A stretch of DNA of 20,000 bases from Tortispora ganteri (taxonomy: Eukaryota): contig PPNB01000009.1 of the NCBI GenBank assembly GCA_003707115.1, forward strand, positions 293,724 through 313,723, given 5' to 3'. The translations under genes and the position numbers were made by a program. The notes beneath the pieces are model-generated. The model made no database searches. It saw only the letters and a list, made by a program, of their open reading frames with translations, and was not told the origin of the DNA. Shown here piece by piece: positions 17,353 to 20,000 of this stretch (positions within the stretch are counted from its first letter, which is position 1; every line of letters begins with the position of its first letter).

Positions 17353-19293
17353 ATGAGCTCGGAATTTCTTAATGATGATGAAGAGAGCATGCTTCTAGGA
17401 TTCGCTGAACCAGATTCAGGGTTTGCTGATGATGGTTTGATCGCGTTCGATCGATCGGAATCTGTCGACTTTATTCAACCTGCTGTAGAACCTGCGCAAG
17501 AGATAAAGCCCCCAGAAGAAACAGGAATAGATATAGCATTAAATTCAGCAGACCAGCAACAACAAGTACTGGAACCAGATAACGAAACCCTGCAATTACC
17601 TACCGATGTTCCTAAAGACTCGGAAATACCAAATTTGACAGATACCTCCAATATACTTGATGACTCAGAAGCTAAAAAAATACCAGATCAAATAAGTGTT
17701 CCAGAACATGCCTCTACCCTCCAATCGCCAGAAATATCTGTAACGAAACTACCTGATACCACTGAAGCAGCTGAATCTTTCGACCCTACACAAAAGACTG
17801 AAACTACAGTTACAGTCGGCAAAAGTGCTTCTTCCACCCCTGCATTTATATCTGAAGGCAAGAGCGAATTACCTAGTAGAGACTCCACTATCCCCGCTAG
17901 TAAAGAGAATGAACTCGCTTTCTACCGGCAACTCATGATTTCGCAATACATCGAACGCGATCAATTACATACAGTTGCATTTCATGAAAATATATGCAGG
18001 AATATTAATTTCTTTGAAAAGAAAAGAGAAAATGCTCGTATATTGGCATCAAAGCAATCATTGAGGCAGGAACGACCTGACGAGTTTTATGGGCCTGGTT
18101 ACAGTGGCTACGGCAATGGCACCACAGGAATCCGACCTCGCTTGCTGTTCCCCGACCAAAGACGTCGATCAGGCCGCAAAGCTAGGGAGTTTATATTGAC
18201 AAAACAGGCTAATCAGAAAACAACAGTTGCTACAGAAACACTTGTTCCTGTTCGCATAGACCTGGATTGCGACAACGCTGAAAAAATTAGAGACACATTC
18301 GTTTGGAATCTTCAAGATCCATCCGTACCAATTGACGTTTTTGCAGAGAATCTATTGGAAGATTACGGAATTAGCCTTAGTTACACAGGGGTGGTCGCGA
18401 ACCAGATCAGTTCGCAGATTAAAGACTTTCATTCACACGTGTTCCATGAAGAAACAATGCAGTATGTGGAGCCCAAAAATGACGAGTTACCGTTCTCTAC
18501 TTTTCACGATGATGATATGAGAATAGTTATTAAATTGGATATTACTGTTGGCAATCAGAACCTTGTCGATCAGTTTGAGTGGGATATTAACAACCCGGTA
18601 AACAGTCCAGAAGAATTTGCCAAGCTCATGTGCCGTGAATTAGCACTTGTCGCTGAATTTGAAACGGCTGTTGCACATTCGATTAGAGAGCAGTGTCAAC
18701 TATATACCAAGTCTCTGTTTCTTTCAGGTTATACATTTGACGGTAGACCAATTGAATATGAGGATATCAAGCGTCAGATGTGTTCCACCTTGACTCAATC
18801 GACGCGGCATAAAACCCAGCTTGCCGACTTTGGTCCGTCTCTTTATGAACTCACTGATCAAGAGATAGAGAAAATTAATAGAGATAATGACCGAGAGGCT
18901 AGGCGAAAACGTCGACAAGGTCGCATCAACAGAAGAGGAGGACCTGCTTTACCTGACCTTAGAGATATCCAAAGAACTGCAAGGACTAGAATTGTTTCTA
19001 CAGTACTCCCTGGTGCGATCAGAAAACCAGTGAAGAAGAGAGACGATTCTGATTCAGCATCTGAAGGTGGAAGTCCTGCACCTGGAAGTTTGATAACATC
19101 TAACAATCCTCTTGCTGCTCACGTTAATAGCGCGCGAACAGAAACCAAATCAAGACACACACGTCAGACATCCGATAAGGTCATTGAGATTCGAAAGAAG
19201 GAGCTTGTGGTGAAATTGAAGATTCCAGGACTATTGCGGTTTTTACGAAGCCATCCGGCCTTGTACAGGAAATTGGAGGCGCATAATATGTGA
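17353..19293 (+). CDS. SNF5: SWI/SNF chromatin remodelling subunit Snf5
   Basis: First ATG at 17353. YG.GYSGYGNG.T, LVPVRIDLD...RDTFVWN (repeat 1), DMRIVIKLDITVG...LVDQFEWDI...NSPEEFA (repeat 2), EFETAVAHSIREQ and RE.RRKRRQGR..RRGG..LPDL. These favour Snf5 over Sfh1. Confidence 0.93.
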   Translation: MSSEFLNDDEESMLLGFAEPDSGFADDGLIAFDRSESVDFIQPAVEPAQEIKPPEETGIDIALNSADQQQQVLEPDNETLQLPTDVPKDSEIPNLTDTSNILDDSEAKKIPDQISVPEHASTLQSPEISVTKLPDTTEAAESFDPTQKTETTVTVGKSASSTPAFISEGKSELPSRDSTIPASKENELAFYRQLMISQYIERDQLHTVAFHENICRNINFFEKKRENARILASKQSLRQERPDEFYGPGYSGYGNGTTGIRPRLLFPDQRRRSGRKAREFILTKQANQKTTVATETLVPVRIDLDCDNAEKIRDTFVWNLQDPSVPIDVFAENLLEDYGISLSYTGVVANQISSQIKDFHSHVFHEETMQYVEPKNDELPFSTFHDDDMRIVIKLDITVGNQNLVDQFEWDINNPVNSPEEFAKLMCRELALVAEFETAVAHSIREQCQLYTKSLFLSGYTFDGRPIEYEDIKRQMCSTLTQSTRHKTQLADFGPSLYELTDQEIEKINRDNDREARRKRRQGRINRRGGPALPDLRDIQRTARTRIVSTVLPGAIRKPVKKRDDSDSASEGGSPAPGSLITSNNPLAAHVNSARTETKSRHTRQTSDKVIEIRKKELVVKLKIPGLLRFLRSHPALYRKLEAHNM

Positions 19294-19417
19294 TTGTTTT
19301 TGTACTACAGTTATTGGGTTTGTGCGCTAAGCTAAAGAGAGCTTACTATATCAGTGAGGTCATATGTTAGCGGTATGATATATGCAATGCTTTACTTTGA
19401 GACACAGTTCAGTTATG

Positions 19418-19913
19418 CTATTTGGCGAAGTACCAGGACATCACAAGAAAGCTACAGAACGCGCCCAAGAACCAGACCGCAGTGGACGATCCTTTTAAAT
19501 TTGGCGCTTTCTGCTCTTTTGATTCCTTTGAATTCAAATTAGGTGTCTCGTCAGGTACTGTAATGGAATGATTTTCAATTCCATTTTCGATTACTATTGG
19601 TTAGCGGCTGCGTTCTTGTTTTTGAGTTTTGTGTATTGATCACGGTAATGGCGTGAGATCGGTTTGCTTCAGGTTACTTACCTTTGGATTCAAGTTGCGA
19701 TTTAGCCAAAACCCATTTATCATCAACGATGTATTTATAGCTATATGATTTTCCAGGTTCTAGAGCAATTTCCGCCTTATAGATATCGCCCGAGTTCGAT
19801 AAATCTACAGGTTTCCAATCGGAGAATTCTCCTGCTACTTGGACCTTGTTGGGGTTAGAGAATCCTTCTATATCAGTGTGCGGATCAAACGCAAACACAA
19901 CCTTGATTGTCAT
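19418..19913 (-). CDS. Small CBM48 (AMPK-beta-type glycogen-binding) protein with C-terminal hydrophobic tail; join(19682..19913,19418..19593), 135 aa
   Basis: Exon 1 has V.VAGEFSDWK...L..G..Y.YKYIVDDKW. Exon 2 translates VIENGIENHSITVPDETPNLNSKESKEQKAPNLKGSSTAVWFLGAFCSFLVMSWYFAK*, supplying the expected last CBM48 strand. Confidence 0.85.
19594..19681 (-). other. Spliceosomal intron (88 nt) in the CBM48 gene
   Basis: Donor AAG|GTAAGT at 19681, branch GCTAAC at 19605-19600, acceptor TAG at 19596-19594; the phase 1 join gives a 58-codon continuation. Confidence 0.88.
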
Positions 19914-20000
19914 TATTTTTGTCTAATTGATTCTGTTAAATGCGCCGTTTGTCGTATTAGTTTAACGAAAATCCCGTAATAGATAAAGCGATCAAATAGG

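Noticed and set aside
19318..19375. U4 snRNA-like ATATCAGTGAGG
   Set aside because: Lacks the following CCGAG kink-turn strand, the U6-pairing stem I and an Sm site; it sits in a short convergent 3' gap.
2197..19913. ATG15 + SIP5 + CBM48 gene as a Snf1/glycogen/autophagy cluster
   Set aside because: They are separated by unrelated housekeeping genes; nothing in the sequence supports functional clustering.

Overview
Gene-dense nuclear DNA from an intron-poor ascomycete yeast (AT-rich, short intergenic regions, GTATGT/GTAAGT...RCTAAC...TAG introns, CTG apparently read as Leu). Gene order: 5' end of POL1 (-, missing from the ORF track) with tandem MCB boxes; TMEM135-like membrane protein (+); ATG15 (-); SIP5 (-); PDS5 (+); RCO1 (-); intron-containing Cdb4/EBP1-like M24 pseudo-peptidase (-); SEC6 (-); a 119-aa coiled-coil ORF I do not recognise (+); SNF5 (+); and a two-exon CBM48 protein with a C-terminal hydrophobic tail (-). 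The most unusual item is a ~320-nt non-coding element between the divergent SIP5 and PDS5 genes (6241-6568). It tiles almost completely into five stem-loop domains closed by a long-range helix, has two potential pseudoknot pairings, and is bracketed by spliceosomal donor, branch and acceptor motifs. I could not match it by eye to any RNA family I know. Second is the spliced, apparently tail-anchored CBM48 mini-protein. All calls come from reading the sequence; no searches or folding programs were run.
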